From an uncultured Planctomycetota bacterium (GTDB lineage: Bacteria > Planctomycetota > DG-23 > CAZBND01): a DNA stretch of 64,000 nt. Both the position numbers and the translations under genes were made by a program. The notes under the pieces were generated by a model. That model did not search any database, was not told where the DNA came from, and was given only the letters and a program-made list of their open reading frames with translations. The stretch lies in NCBI GenBank assembly GCA_964493415.1, contig CAZBND010000002.1:97678-161677 (forward strand). The letters are read 5' to 3'. Positions 1 through 9,089 of the stretch are shown piece after piece. Each line of letters begins with the position of its first letter. Within the stretch, counting starts at the first letter, position 1.

Positions 1-1967
1 CATACGAATCCTGCGACGGCGTTCCCCACCATAATGCCGAACACGATCGGCAACGTCTTCAGGTATGTCCTCGGGCCGCCGAGCTTGATCACTCCGTACT
101 TCAGCGCCCACGCTATGAAGAACATGAACCACGTTTGAAAGACCCAACTGAACGTCGAGGCGATGAACCCTATCGGCGTGAAGGGCCACCAGATCAGATG
201 CTGCTTCAGAAGCATCAGCCCCGCAACGACGGCCCCCCCAACCGCAGCCAGGACAATGCCGACTGAGTCTGCTTTCTCGTCGCTCGACAATTCCTGCGTC
301 ACCTTGTTCCCGAATTGTTCCATGTACACCCGGTGCCCGTGCCTTATGTTGTTTCCGATCCCTTTGGGATACGCAAGCCCTAGAAAAGTGACGTGGGTCA
401 CGAGGATTCCGATGATAAACGCCGCCAGAACGCACGGTCCCAGCAGTCGCTTTCTGAGCTTCATGTCTCCCGCGACCTTGAACCCCTGGACAAAGTGCGC
501 CATCAGCACCGGCGGCTCGAACATCGTTATCATCTGTATCAGGTGCCCCATCACCATGTTCCCCTTCGCGACCACGGATGCCCCCACGAAGGTGTTTATG
601 TGGTCCTGAGGGAGATCGTTGAACTTCGCGTGGGGCAGCGTCATTTCGCCCGCCTGCTTCACGTAATACGTCATCACCAGCATCATCATCCCCAGGAATA
701 TGGCCGCGTAGTACCACGCCATTCCGTTCCATACACACCACGCCACTATCCCCATAAATCCGAATACCGCCCCGAAGAAAGCGACCCGGTAAGACACGGG
801 CTCGTCATCGTCCTTCACCTGCTCGTCTCTGTACACAGCCCGTCTGAACACCGCCTTCAGATGCGACCGCGCGTTCCACAGGAACATCCCCATGAACACA
901 TACAGCCCTCCCTTTGTCAGGTCCCTCAGGTACTCGTAGTCTTGGTTGCCCCCCGGCTGCTTCAGCGTCACGCCGGATGCGGCCGCGATTACCGGTATCA
1001 CCTTGTTGTTGAGCAGATAGAAGAACCAGACGCTGAACGAAGCTTCCGCAGGCAGAAGGTAGAAGAGCGCGATGAAGCTCGGAATCCATAGGAACACCGT
1101 GCGGTTCAACGCGTTCCACGGCTTGTATCCGAACACGTTCCCGCTAATGGCCGAGAACCTTGGCTTCGGCATCTTGTCAAGGAACTGGGCTATGTCCTGC
1201 CCGATCAGCGGTATCTTCTGCCCGTACTTCCCGGCGTAAAACGGCAAGTTCCCCGATTCGATCGTCGTCAGCAGCACCATGACCGCGAACGCGATCCAGA
1301 ACGCCTTTCCCCCAATGTAGCAGGGCCGCTCCCGATCGTTTTCGGATTTCCTCAGGACCTCCAGCGCCGGGCGCACCATCGGGAAATCCAGCAGCTCCCG
1401 TTCCACTAGTTGTCTTCTCACCATCACTGCGAGGCAGAACAGCAGCAGGAACAGGAGCCCAAAGAAGGCCGTCCATATCAGCAGCGGCGTTATCCAGTCT
1501 CCCCAGGGAATGCTTTCTCCCTCCCTCAGCCCCTCCCATAGCCGCGAAACCACCACACTCTCGGGGTCCTTGCTGGGCAGCAGCCGTGACGGAATGTGCT
1601 CCAGGAACTCACCCCACCGATTCTGGGGAGATTGCTTATAGACGATCTGAATTATCAGCGGGTAAAAGTACTGGGTCATGCTCGTGCTCGCGAGGGAGCC
1701 CGTCGCAAAGGCCAGGACAAAGAGGAGCGTCAGGTCGCCGGGCCTCATCCCCCGCCCTGCACGAAAGAATCGCACAATCGGGTTCAGCACGATCACCAGG
1801 AGCACTATCACGGTGAAAGAGAGGCCGGGCTGAAACCCGCCGTTCTGGTAGAATCCCTGCGGGATGAAAATGGGAGTGGTCAGGGAGTAGAAGAGGAGAA
1901 CGGCAACGGCCACCAGCGAAAAGACCAACGCTGTCTTGGTCACCCCACGTTCTTCCGTCGGTGGCAC
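1..1967 (-). CDS. DUF6785/DUF6784 family multi-pass membrane protein (putative peptide/oligosaccharide transporter), truncated at left window edge
   Basis: Absent from the ORF track; translated by hand from GTG at 1967 (in-frame TAG just upstream). Contains IPWGDWITPLLIW, VRRQLVERELLDFPMV and C-terminal FIAWALKYGVIKLGGPRTYLKTLPIVFGIMVG, motifs typical of DUF6785 and DUF6784. Confidence 0.8.
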   Translation of the reverse strand, partial: MPPTEERGVTKTALVFSLVAVAVLLFYSLTTPIFIPQGFYQNGGFQPGLSFTVIVLLVIVLNPIVRFFRAGRGMRPGDLTLLFVLAFATGSLASTSMTQYFYPLIIQIVYKQSPQNRWGEFLEHIPSRLLPSKDPESVVVSRLWEGLREGESIPWGDWITPLLIWTAFFGLLFLLLFCLAVMVRRQLVERELLDFPMVRPALEVLRKSENDRERPCYIGGKAFWIAFAVMVLLTTIESGNLPFYAGKYGQKIPLIGQDIAQFLDKMPKPRFSAISGNVFGYKPWNALNRTVFLWIPSFIALFYLLPAEASFSVWFFYLLNNKVIPVIAAASGVTLKQPGGNQDYEYLRDLTKGGLYVFMGMFLWNARSHLKAVFRRAVYRDEQVKDDDEPVSYRVAFFGAVFGFMGIVAWCVWNGMAWYYAAIFLGMMMLVMTYYVKQAGEMTLPHAKFNDLPQDHINTFVGASVVAKGNMVMGHLIQMITMFEPPVLMAHFVQGFKVAGDMKLRKRLLGPCVLAAFIIGILVTHVTFLGLAYPKGIGNNIRHGHRVYMEQFGNKVTQELSSDEKADSVGIVLAAVGGAVVAGLMLLKQHLIWWPFTPIGFIASTFSWVFQTWFMFFIAWALKYGVIKLGGPRTYLKTLPIVFGIMVGNAVAGFV

Positions 1968-2045
1968 TTCGGGTTCCGCTCCCTAGGCCTGTTCATGAGC
2001 TTCACGCCAGCGACTGTTCTGCCCGTCCCCGAGGGGCAGTCCAGT

Positions 2046-2073
2046 ATCCTATCGAATCCCGTTCCGCTGTCAA
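2046..2073 (-). promoter_or_regulatory. sigma70-type promoter for the DUF6785 gene
   Basis: Minus strand TTGACA (2073-2068), 16 nt spacer, TAGGAT (2051-2046). Confidence 0.55.
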
Positions 2074-2214
2074 CCAGATTCCCTCAACCGCGTCCGCTGG
2101 TCGAAGGTGGGCGCCGCCCGGCGGCCTCCGATTGCACTCCTTCGCTCATTCTGGTACACATTGGCTTCAGGAGCGTTGTCTCCTGTCCTGAGCCCTCTAG
2201 CCTATATGAGGAGG

Positions 2215-3066
2215 ATGCAAATCTTGATTCTCAATGTCGCCGCCGCCCAGCTCAAAGCCGGTCTCCCCATCGCCTCTTACATTGACCGCATCTGCCGGCG
2301 TATCGCTGAGTGTGCTCAACAGCAAGTGGACCTGGTCGTCTTTCCCGAATGTTCGACCATCGGCTACGACCCTTCTATCATCAAGGGGAACGAGGACGAG
2401 ATACGCAGCGGCATCCGCTCCATCCGCCGTGCGGCGGCCCAGGCGGGATGCTACGCAGTAGTGGGAACGCCGACGTTCAGGGGAGGCAAGACGTACAACA
2501 GCGCGCTCCTGATAGACCCGGATGGGAACATCTCCTGCCGCTACGACAAGGTCCACATCTGGCCCGGCGGCGAAAGCCGCCATTTCGCTCCCGGTAAGAA
2601 GATCGCCTTCGCCCAAGTCAAAGGCGTTCCGGCTACCATGATCATCTGCGCCGACTTCTTCTACCCCGAGCTCACCAGACTTCCCGCCCTTCTTGGGGCC
2701 AGGCTGATTCTTCACCCCAGCGGCTGCTCTTCGCCCCCCGGCGGATTCAGCTTCATCGGAGAGATAGGCCGCCAGGGATTCCCGCACATCAGGGCCGTCG
2801 AGAACGAGGCCTTCTTCATCCATTCCGACTATTGCGGCTCGTACCGCGACGGCCGGCGCTATGCCAAGGGTGCCACGAAGATCATTCACCCCTGCGGCAC
2901 CACCATAGTCGCCGCCGCTCCGGACAAGGAGGACCTCATCACTGCCAGGATCGATACGGAAATTCCTGCCCCCATAAATGAGTTCAAGCAACGGATGCTG
3001 AAAACGTCGTTTCTTGCTCCCGTCTGGCGGAAGCTGTTGGCGGGGTCTTCGCGCTTTCTGACCTGA
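2215..3066 (+). CDS. carbon-nitrogen hydrolase (nitrilase superfamily)
   Basis: Catalytic triad motifs VVFPEC, YDKVH, ICADFFYPE; start moved to ATG 2215 behind GAGGAGG. Confidence 0.9.
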   Translation: MQILILNVAAAQLKAGLPIASYIDRICRRIAECAQQQVDLVVFPECSTIGYDPSIIKGNEDEIRSGIRSIRRAAAQAGCYAVVGTPTFRGGKTYNSALLIDPDGNISCRYDKVHIWPGGESRHFAPGKKIAFAQVKGVPATMIICADFFYPELTRLPALLGARLILHPSGCSSPPGGFSFIGEIGRQGFPHIRAVENEAFFIHSDYCGSYRDGRRYAKGATKIIHPCGTTIVAAAPDKEDLITARIDTEIPAPINEFKQRMLKTSFLAPVWRKLLAGSSRFLT

Positions 3067-3088
3067 ATGACGTCAATAGGGGGACGCC

Positions 3089-4366
3089 ATGCGGTTGCCG
3101 GCGATACTGGCTCTTGCAGTTGCGCTCACAGCTCTCACCGCCGGATTCGCGCAGCCTGAGCGAGCCACGCTCTCTTACGGCTTCCACGCCGGCGAAACGC
3201 TCGTGTACGAACTGAAAGAGCGGCGCACCGACCGTACCGGATCGTCCGCCGACACTACCGTGGCCCAGTCAACGCTGGAGATCGCGGCGGGAGAGAACCC
3301 GAGCGAGGCACCCGTTCTGTTGATCCAAAAACACCGCGTCGCCGGCAACGTTACGCCGCTGGAGGGCCTGAAAGCCCCCCTGAACTTTTTCCGTCTGCCT
3401 GAGGAAGGCATCTCATCGCTCCTCGCGGCGTATTTCCCTCCACTTCCTCATAGGCCCCTAGTGGCAGGAGATTCGTGGGATGCGCCGTTCGTACCTCCCT
3501 CTCTTGGGCGCATCAAGGTCACCGGCGACCCTCCGCGGGCGCGGTACTCATTGCTTCGGCTTGACCGGTCGGGCCCCGGGATGATAGCTCATCTGGCCGC
3601 GACCGCTGACCTGAATCTCACCGATGCCGTCTTCTCCGTTTCCGAACTTGGCCTCCGCAGGGCGACCTCAACTGCGGTAAGGATCGATCCCGGCACCCCC
3701 GCTTACCAGGCGGGGATCAGAACCGGAGATCGGATCATCAAAGTGCGCGGCAGGCCCGTTGCCACCTGGGAGGAAGCCGCGTCCGTGCAGAGCACCGGCC
3801 GATTGGCCGTGGAGATTCATCCGCCCTTGCGTGAGACCGACGCCGGCAAGGTCGTCAAGCGCGACTCCCATTACGTCTTCCGCATCTCCGAAGGGTTCGG
3901 GATCGAATCCGCGGGCATCTTCTCGCTCGACATCCCCGTCTCCGACGCCCAGGAAGTCATTGTTGGCGGCACTGAGGAGGATTCCCCCGCTGACAAAGCC
4001 GGCATTTCTCCCGGAGATACCATCGTTCGGCTGGGCGCAGTCGAGGTCGAAAGCTGGGGCGAACTCGAACAGCTCCTCAGCGCAGTCCCTCCCGGCACGC
4101 GGATTGAGGTCCAGCGGGTCCCTCTGGGCGAGCGCAATCCCGTCCCGACTTACGTCATTACCCGCGCGAGGGAACTCTACAGGTTCTCGGCCAGGGGAGC
4201 GTTCTCGGGGGACCTGCGCATCGATGTCGCATCGGGAACGCTCATCGAGGCCTCATGGGCGTGCCACGATCTCGTCGTCATCCCCACGTTCGGCGACCGG
4301 TCGTCTGAAATAACAACCGTCATCGAGAATACCTTGTCCCTAGTCGAACGCCGCCCGACTCGCTGA
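3089..4366 (+). CDS. secreted protein with two PDZ domains inserted in a DUF6263-like beta-rich domain
   Basis: Signal peptide MRLPAILALAVALTALTAGFA; PDZ motifs GTPAYQAGIRTGDRII and DSPADKAGISPGDTIV; no protease motif seen. Confidence 0.7.
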   Translation: MRLPAILALAVALTALTAGFAQPERATLSYGFHAGETLVYELKERRTDRTGSSADTTVAQSTLEIAAGENPSEAPVLLIQKHRVAGNVTPLEGLKAPLNFFRLPEEGISSLLAAYFPPLPHRPLVAGDSWDAPFVPPSLGRIKVTGDPPRARYSLLRLDRSGPGMIAHLAATADLNLTDAVFSVSELGLRRATSTAVRIDPGTPAYQAGIRTGDRIIKVRGRPVATWEEAASVQSTGRLAVEIHPPLRETDAGKVVKRDSHYVFRISEGFGIESAGIFSLDIPVSDAQEVIVGGTEEDSPADKAGISPGDTIVRLGAVEVESWGELEQLLSAVPPGTRIEVQRVPLGERNPVPTYVITRARELYRFSARGAFSGDLRIDVASGTLIEASWACHDLVVIPTFGDRSSEITTVIENTLSLVERRPTR

Positions 4367-4450
4367 CGCCTCCTCCCGCGCGTCTCCGTATTCCTGTATA
4401 ATGTCCGGTTACTCCCTTGCCGGAGCGCGACGCACAACAAGGAGCGCCAC

Positions 4451-5557
4451 ATGAAGGCCGATGTTTTCTTCATCGAAACCAAGCACGTGAACGACCGTAC
4501 ACTCAAGATGATTTTCGAGAAGCTTGCCATCCCCGAGCGCATTCCCAAGGGCGCTTCAGTAGCTCTCAAGCTGCACTTCGGAGAGATAGACAACTACACC
4601 CACCTCCGCCCGGACCTTGTCAAAAAGCTGGTCGACCTGCTGAAAGGGCAGAAGGCTCGTCCGTTTCTTACCGACACCAACACTCTCTACCGCCACCAGC
4701 GGTCCAACACCTTCGACCATCTCCGCACCGCCGCCGCCCACGGTTTTACATCCGAGTCGATGGGTTGTCCGATCATCATCGCCGACGGGCTCCGCAGTTG
4801 GGGCCGCACGGTGACTCTCGACTCTCCCTACCGCCTGAATGAAATCGAAGTCGCCCTTGGCATCGCCGACGCCGACGCCCTCATCACCCTCACGCACCTC
4901 ACCTTCCATCACGTCGTAGGTCTCGGAGGGGCTATCAAGAATCTCGCCATGGGCTGCGTGTGCCGCGGCACCAAGCTTCTCTGCCATGCGGTGCCAGGGG
5001 CAACCGTCAAGCTCAATCACGACCGCTGCATCGTCTGCGGTACCTGCGTGGAGATATGCCCCGGCAGCGCCTACGAGAAGGTCGAGGGAAAGATCGAGTT
5101 CTCGCCCGAGAAGTGTGTCGGCTGCGGCGACTGCATCCACCATTGTCCCGTCCAGGCCATCTCCCCGCGCTGGGACACCCCTCGCGGCGAAGTCCACAAG
5201 GGGCTCATCGACTCAGCCCGCGGCGTCCTTCAGGCGATGGAAGGCAAGCCCCTCTTCCATCTCATGGTGCTTATGGACGTGACCCTACAATGCGACTGCT
5301 GCCCCACCACCCAGAGGATCGTTCCCGACATCGGAATCCTCGGCTCCACGGATCCGGTGGCCCTTGATCGCGTCGCCCAGGACCTTCTCGCCCAGGCCCC
5401 TCCATCCCCCGGCGTCGCCGGAGCCGAAGGCACCGACAAGCTCCAGACCCATTACCCCGAAATCGACATGAATGCCTACTGGGGCTTCTGCACAGGAGCC
5501 CGCATCGGGACCACCAACTACAACCTCCAACCCATCGCCCCTCCCAGCCGCCGCTGA
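4451..5557 (+). CDS. DUF362 domain protein with two 4Fe-4S ferredoxin motifs
   Basis: KLHFGE, PFLTDTNTLY, CIVCGTCVEICP, CVGCGDCIHHCP, CDC; GGAG RBS; TATAAT at 4397-4402. Confidence 0.9.
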   Translation: MKADVFFIETKHVNDRTLKMIFEKLAIPERIPKGASVALKLHFGEIDNYTHLRPDLVKKLVDLLKGQKARPFLTDTNTLYRHQRSNTFDHLRTAAAHGFTSESMGCPIIIADGLRSWGRTVTLDSPYRLNEIEVALGIADADALITLTHLTFHHVVGLGGAIKNLAMGCVCRGTKLLCHAVPGATVKLNHDRCIVCGTCVEICPGSAYEKVEGKIEFSPEKCVGCGDCIHHCPVQAISPRWDTPRGEVHKGLIDSARGVLQAMEGKPLFHLMVLMDVTLQCDCCPTTQRIVPDIGILGSTDPVALDRVAQDLLAQAPPSPGVAGAEGTDKLQTHYPEIDMNAYWGFCTGARIGTTNYNLQPIAPPSRR

Positions 5558-5644
5558 AATGGAGTGGTGGCCTCGCGGCCTGCTCATCCTCGGTCGATGG
5601 CTTGGGGCTGCTCGACTGGCAGACAAGGCGCAGGCTTGATGCGG

Positions 5645-5729
5645 TGCCGAAGGCGGGAGTCGAACCCGCAAGGAGCTAAGCTCCACTGGATTTTGAGTCC
5701 AGCGCGTCTGCCTATTCCGCCACTTCGGC
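5645..5729 (-). tRNA. tRNA-Leu (CAA)
   Basis: GCCGAAG/TTCGGC acceptor stem, anticodon arm CTGGA-CT CAA AA-TCCAG, long variable arm, GGTTCGACTCC T-arm; CCA not encoded. Confidence 0.95.
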
Positions 5730-5807
5730 TTAACCGGCGCGACCGGCGAGCATTTACGTCCGATTTTCAATCGCTGGATGAAACCTGCCGCTCGCGTTCT
5801 TCGTTGA

Positions 5808-5835
5808 ATTATAGCCCCTCCAGGAAGCGGATCAA
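5808..5835 (-). promoter_or_regulatory. sigma70 promoter of tRNA-Leu
   Basis: Minus strand TTGATC, 16 nt spacer, TATAAT. Confidence 0.55.
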
Positions 5836-5938
5836 GTGACGCTGTCGCGGTGCCCTTCCACCGGCAATATCTATCAACCGTGGCGCGCAGCACACTCTGT
5901 CGTTTATAATCACCGGACACGATTGCGGAGACGATACG

Positions 5939-7000
5939 GTGAGAATAGCGATCATCGGCCCCATGGGTTCCGGTAAGACTACCGTCTTCGACCTTCTGAC
6001 GGGCCACGTCGAGCAAGCCGTAGCGGCCCATCACCCGCACGCGACGCTGGGAACCGCGCACGTGCCCGACCACAGGTTTGATGAGCTTGCCGCCCTGTTC
6101 CCGGAAAAGGAATGCACCCCCGCCAGGCTCGAGTTCGCCGACGTGCCTCCCATCTCGGGCATGAGGAAGGAGATGGAAGAGGAGGGTGGGACGCTTGCCT
6201 TCATTCGCGAGGCCGATGCGCTGCTCAAGGTCATCAGGGCATTCGATAACCCCACCATACCGCATGTGGCCGGAAGCGTTGACCCAGCCAGAGACCTTGC
6301 GGCTCTCAACTCCGAGCTTCTCTTGGCCGACCTCGGCATCGTTGAGCGGCGCGTAAAAAAGCTCGAAGAATCCTCCCGCAAGCCGACCAAGGCTCAGCAG
6401 GAGGACAGGGAGGAGCTCGAAGCTCTCAAACCTTGCCTCGACGCGCTCGAGGCCGGGCGCGATATCCGCGACGTTCCTCTCTCCTCAGAGCAGCAGAAGC
6501 TTCTTCGCGGATTCAGATTCCTTTCCGAAAAACCCAGCGTTCTCGTACTTAATATAGGGGACGACCAGCTTGGGCAGAAGATGGAACTGGACACGGCTGA
6601 AGAGACGCTTCCGGTCGCCGCCGAACTCGAGCTGGAACTGATGCAGATGGATGCGGACGAGCGCGAGCAGTTCATGGCCGACTACGGCATCGAGCAACTC
6701 AGCGACGAGCGCATCATACACAAGGTTCTTGTCGCGGCGGGCATGATCACTTTCTACACTCTCGTGGGGCAGGAGATGCGCGCGTGGCTTCTGCCCCAAG
6801 GCGGGACCACACTCGACGCCGCGGCCATGATTCACACCGACATCGCGCGCGGCTTCATCCGCGCCGAGGTCGTTCCCGTCGACGATCTCATAGAATTGAA
6901 GACCATCAAAGACGTGAAGGCCCACGGCAAGCTCCGCCAGGAAGGTCGTGAGCACGTTGTGAACGACGGTGACGTTCTGGACATTCGCTTTAACGTATGA
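5939..7000 (+). CDS. ychF: YchF/Ola1-like P-loop NTPase (divergent paralog, DUF933/TGS C-terminus)
   Basis: GPMGSGKTT P-loop, FLSEKP, AAAMIHTDIARGFIRAEV, EGREHVVNDGDVLDIRFNV. Confidence 0.85.
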   Translation: MRIAIIGPMGSGKTTVFDLLTGHVEQAVAAHHPHATLGTAHVPDHRFDELAALFPEKECTPARLEFADVPPISGMRKEMEEEGGTLAFIREADALLKVIRAFDNPTIPHVAGSVDPARDLAALNSELLLADLGIVERRVKKLEESSRKPTKAQQEDREELEALKPCLDALEAGRDIRDVPLSSEQQKLLRGFRFLSEKPSVLVLNIGDDQLGQKMELDTAEETLPVAAELELELMQMDADEREQFMADYGIEQLSDERIIHKVLVAAGMITFYTLVGQEMRAWLLPQGGTTLDAAAMIHTDIARGFIRAEVVPVDDLIELKTIKDVKAHGKLRQEGREHVVNDGDVLDIRFNV

Positions 7001-7015
7001 CAACGGAGGATAGCA

Positions 7016-8617
7016 GTGGCCGCGAAGAACCGCATCGAACTCAATATCGGCGACCCGAAAAGTGACGGCCAGTACCTGATCAGCGGATTCAGCGTCCCTT
7101 CCGCTGCCGGCGCCAGACTCCGCCGCGGAGTGAATCAGGAAGCCCGCATGATTCTCCCGGCCTTCAGAGGCGTGGAGAACACAGTCACCATGGAAATCAT
7201 GTGCCCCAAGCCCCCGAACGCGCTCAAGGTCTCGGGCTCGGCGGGTGTCCTTGGCAGCATCCAATTCAAGGAGGCCGAATGGACGACGTTCGCGTTCTCC
7301 GTTCCTGCGGATGCCATAGATTCGCACGGGTCTGTGGCGCTTTCGCTTCATTTCGAACGTTTCGAGCCTTCCGCGCACTGGAGCCCCTCCTGTGCCCACC
7401 TCTCGGGCATCACCGTCGAGGCTGAGGGCGGCCAAGCATCTCCGCAACTCCCCGCACCCTCAGCGCCTTCCTACGGCCTGTACTTCGGGGACCCCCACGG
7501 ACACTCTGATTTCTCGTTCTGTGACAAGCCCTATTCCGGTTCCCCCACGGAAAATTATGAGTACGCAAGGGATGTCGCCAAGCTGGACTTCTTCGCCCTC
7601 GCCGACCACTCCGAGCACATGGCCGACGATGTCTGGGCAGAGGCCACCGAGATAAGCGACAGCTTCAATGCCGAAGGCTCGTTCGTCACGCTTCCCTGCT
7701 ACGAGTGGACTTCCGAGCTCTTCGGCCACAGGAACGTCTACCACCGCGAGACCGCGGGAAAGCAGTTCGGCTCCGTCCATCCCGCGACCAACACTCCCAA
7801 GAAGCTATGGAAGGCGCTCAGAGAGCAGGGCAATCCCGCCATCACCATACCTCATCACCCTTCGCGGATTGAGTTCACGGGAACGTGGAGCAGCTACGAC
7901 CCGGAGTTCGTTCCTGCGGTCGAGATATATTCCAAATGGGGTGCTTCAGAATACTACGGCAATATAAGGCAGGAAAAGCACAAGACAGTCATCGGCTGCT
8001 TCGCGCAGGACGCCCTCGCGCGCGGACATCGCGTGGGCTTCATCGGTGGCAGCGACGGGCACGTGCTGATGCCGGGAACCCGCGGCATTACGGCCGTCTA
8101 TGCGGAGAGCCTCGATCGAGCCCAAATCTTCGACGGCATCAAGCACCGCCGGTGCTACGCGACCACCGGCGCGTGGATCGGGCTTGATTTCCGCCTCAAT
8201 CAACGCCTCATGGGCCGGGACCTCGTCGTGACTCCTTACCAGGCGGAAGCGCTCTATCCTCTCGTTCTCTACGTCAGCGTTGCCCCGACCGCGCCCATTG
8301 AAAAGATCGAAATAATCGAGTCCAACCACGTCATCTACACCTACACCTTCACCACCGGCGGCGGGCATCCGGGATATCACAGCGAGCAGCTCGAAGCCCT
8401 CTCCAAGAAAAACGGCCTCGAGCGCATCAGCTTCTGGTACGTGATAGACCACCCGACAAAGACTTGGGTCCCCTTCGCCACGCACCAGGCCGGCCGGCCG
8501 CTTCGCCAGCAGACGTGGGACAGGTACTTCTACGTCCGCGTTTCCCAGACGGACGGACACATGGCGTGGTCGAGTCCCGTCTGGATAACTGTGGTCCCCA
8601 GGGAGGATGAAGCCTAG
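7016..8617 (+). CDS. DUF3604 / CehA-McbA type PHP-like metallohydrolase with N-terminal beta-sandwich domain
   Basis: YFGDPHGHS, LDFFALADH, TIPHHP, GFIGGSDGH, YFYVRVSQTDGHMAWSSPVW. Confidence 0.8.
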   Translation: MAAKNRIELNIGDPKSDGQYLISGFSVPSAAGARLRRGVNQEARMILPAFRGVENTVTMEIMCPKPPNALKVSGSAGVLGSIQFKEAEWTTFAFSVPADAIDSHGSVALSLHFERFEPSAHWSPSCAHLSGITVEAEGGQASPQLPAPSAPSYGLYFGDPHGHSDFSFCDKPYSGSPTENYEYARDVAKLDFFALADHSEHMADDVWAEATEISDSFNAEGSFVTLPCYEWTSELFGHRNVYHRETAGKQFGSVHPATNTPKKLWKALREQGNPAITIPHHPSRIEFTGTWSSYDPEFVPAVEIYSKWGASEYYGNIRQEKHKTVIGCFAQDALARGHRVGFIGGSDGHVLMPGTRGITAVYAESLDRAQIFDGIKHRRCYATTGAWIGLDFRLNQRLMGRDLVVTPYQAEALYPLVLYVSVAPTAPIEKIEIIESNHVIYTYTFTTGGGHPGYHSEQLEALSKKNGLERISFWYVIDHPTKTWVPFATHQAGRPLRQQTWDRYFYVRVSQTDGHMAWSSPVWITVVPREDEA

Positions 8618-8753
8618 CTCCGATCTTAGGACGGCACGTACCTGCCCCTCCAGCCGTCCGCGCAAAACCAGCCTCGACGAGTGTTGGTGCTTCTTCTTTT
8701 GCGTGCAATCATCCTAACCAACACTCGGCGTTACGTGGAAGGAGAAACGGCTT

Positions 8754-9089
8754 ATGGAAAAGGTCAACCAGAATGACAAGGAGTATCGCAAGGGCGAGTC
8801 CGGCCCGAAGTACCTCTTCCGAGGTCCCAAGATCGACTGGGGCGTCATTCGTTTTCTCCCGGGAGAAACCTTGGGCAAGCATTACCATGAGCGCGTGGAA
8901 GAAACTTTCTTTTTTCTCAACGGTGCGCCCCTCATGATCGTTGGCAATGAGGAATTCCGCATCAGCGAAGGAGACGCCGTTCGCCTCGATCCCGCCGACG
9001 TCCACGACATAGTCAACGACACAGACCAAGTCGTCGACGCCGTCTTCATCAAGCACTCCTACGATCCCAAGGACAAAGTGGACGCATGA
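8754..9089 (+). CDS. cupin domain protein
   Basis: HYHERVEETFFF and VHDIVN cupin motifs; GAAGGAG RBS. Confidence 0.85.
   Translation: MEKVNQNDKEYRKGESGPKYLFRGPKIDWGVIRFLPGETLGKHYHERVEETFFFLNGAPLMIVGNEEFRISEGDAVRLDPADVHDIVNDTDQVVDAVFIKHSYDPKDKVDA

Noticed and set aside
1965-1990. In-frame TAG upstream of the DUF6785 start, as possible pyrrolysine readthrough
   Set aside because: The promoter lies just upstream, there is no in-frame start before the TAG, and no pyl genes are in the window
163-2285. Plus-strand ORFs 163-609, 393-1091 and 1596-2285
   Set aside because: Antisense to the DUF6785 gene, which explains the region
5558-5938. Integrative element at tRNA-Leu (also checked at His and Arg)
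   Set aside because: No integrase or transposase nearby and no duplicated tRNA 3' end seen
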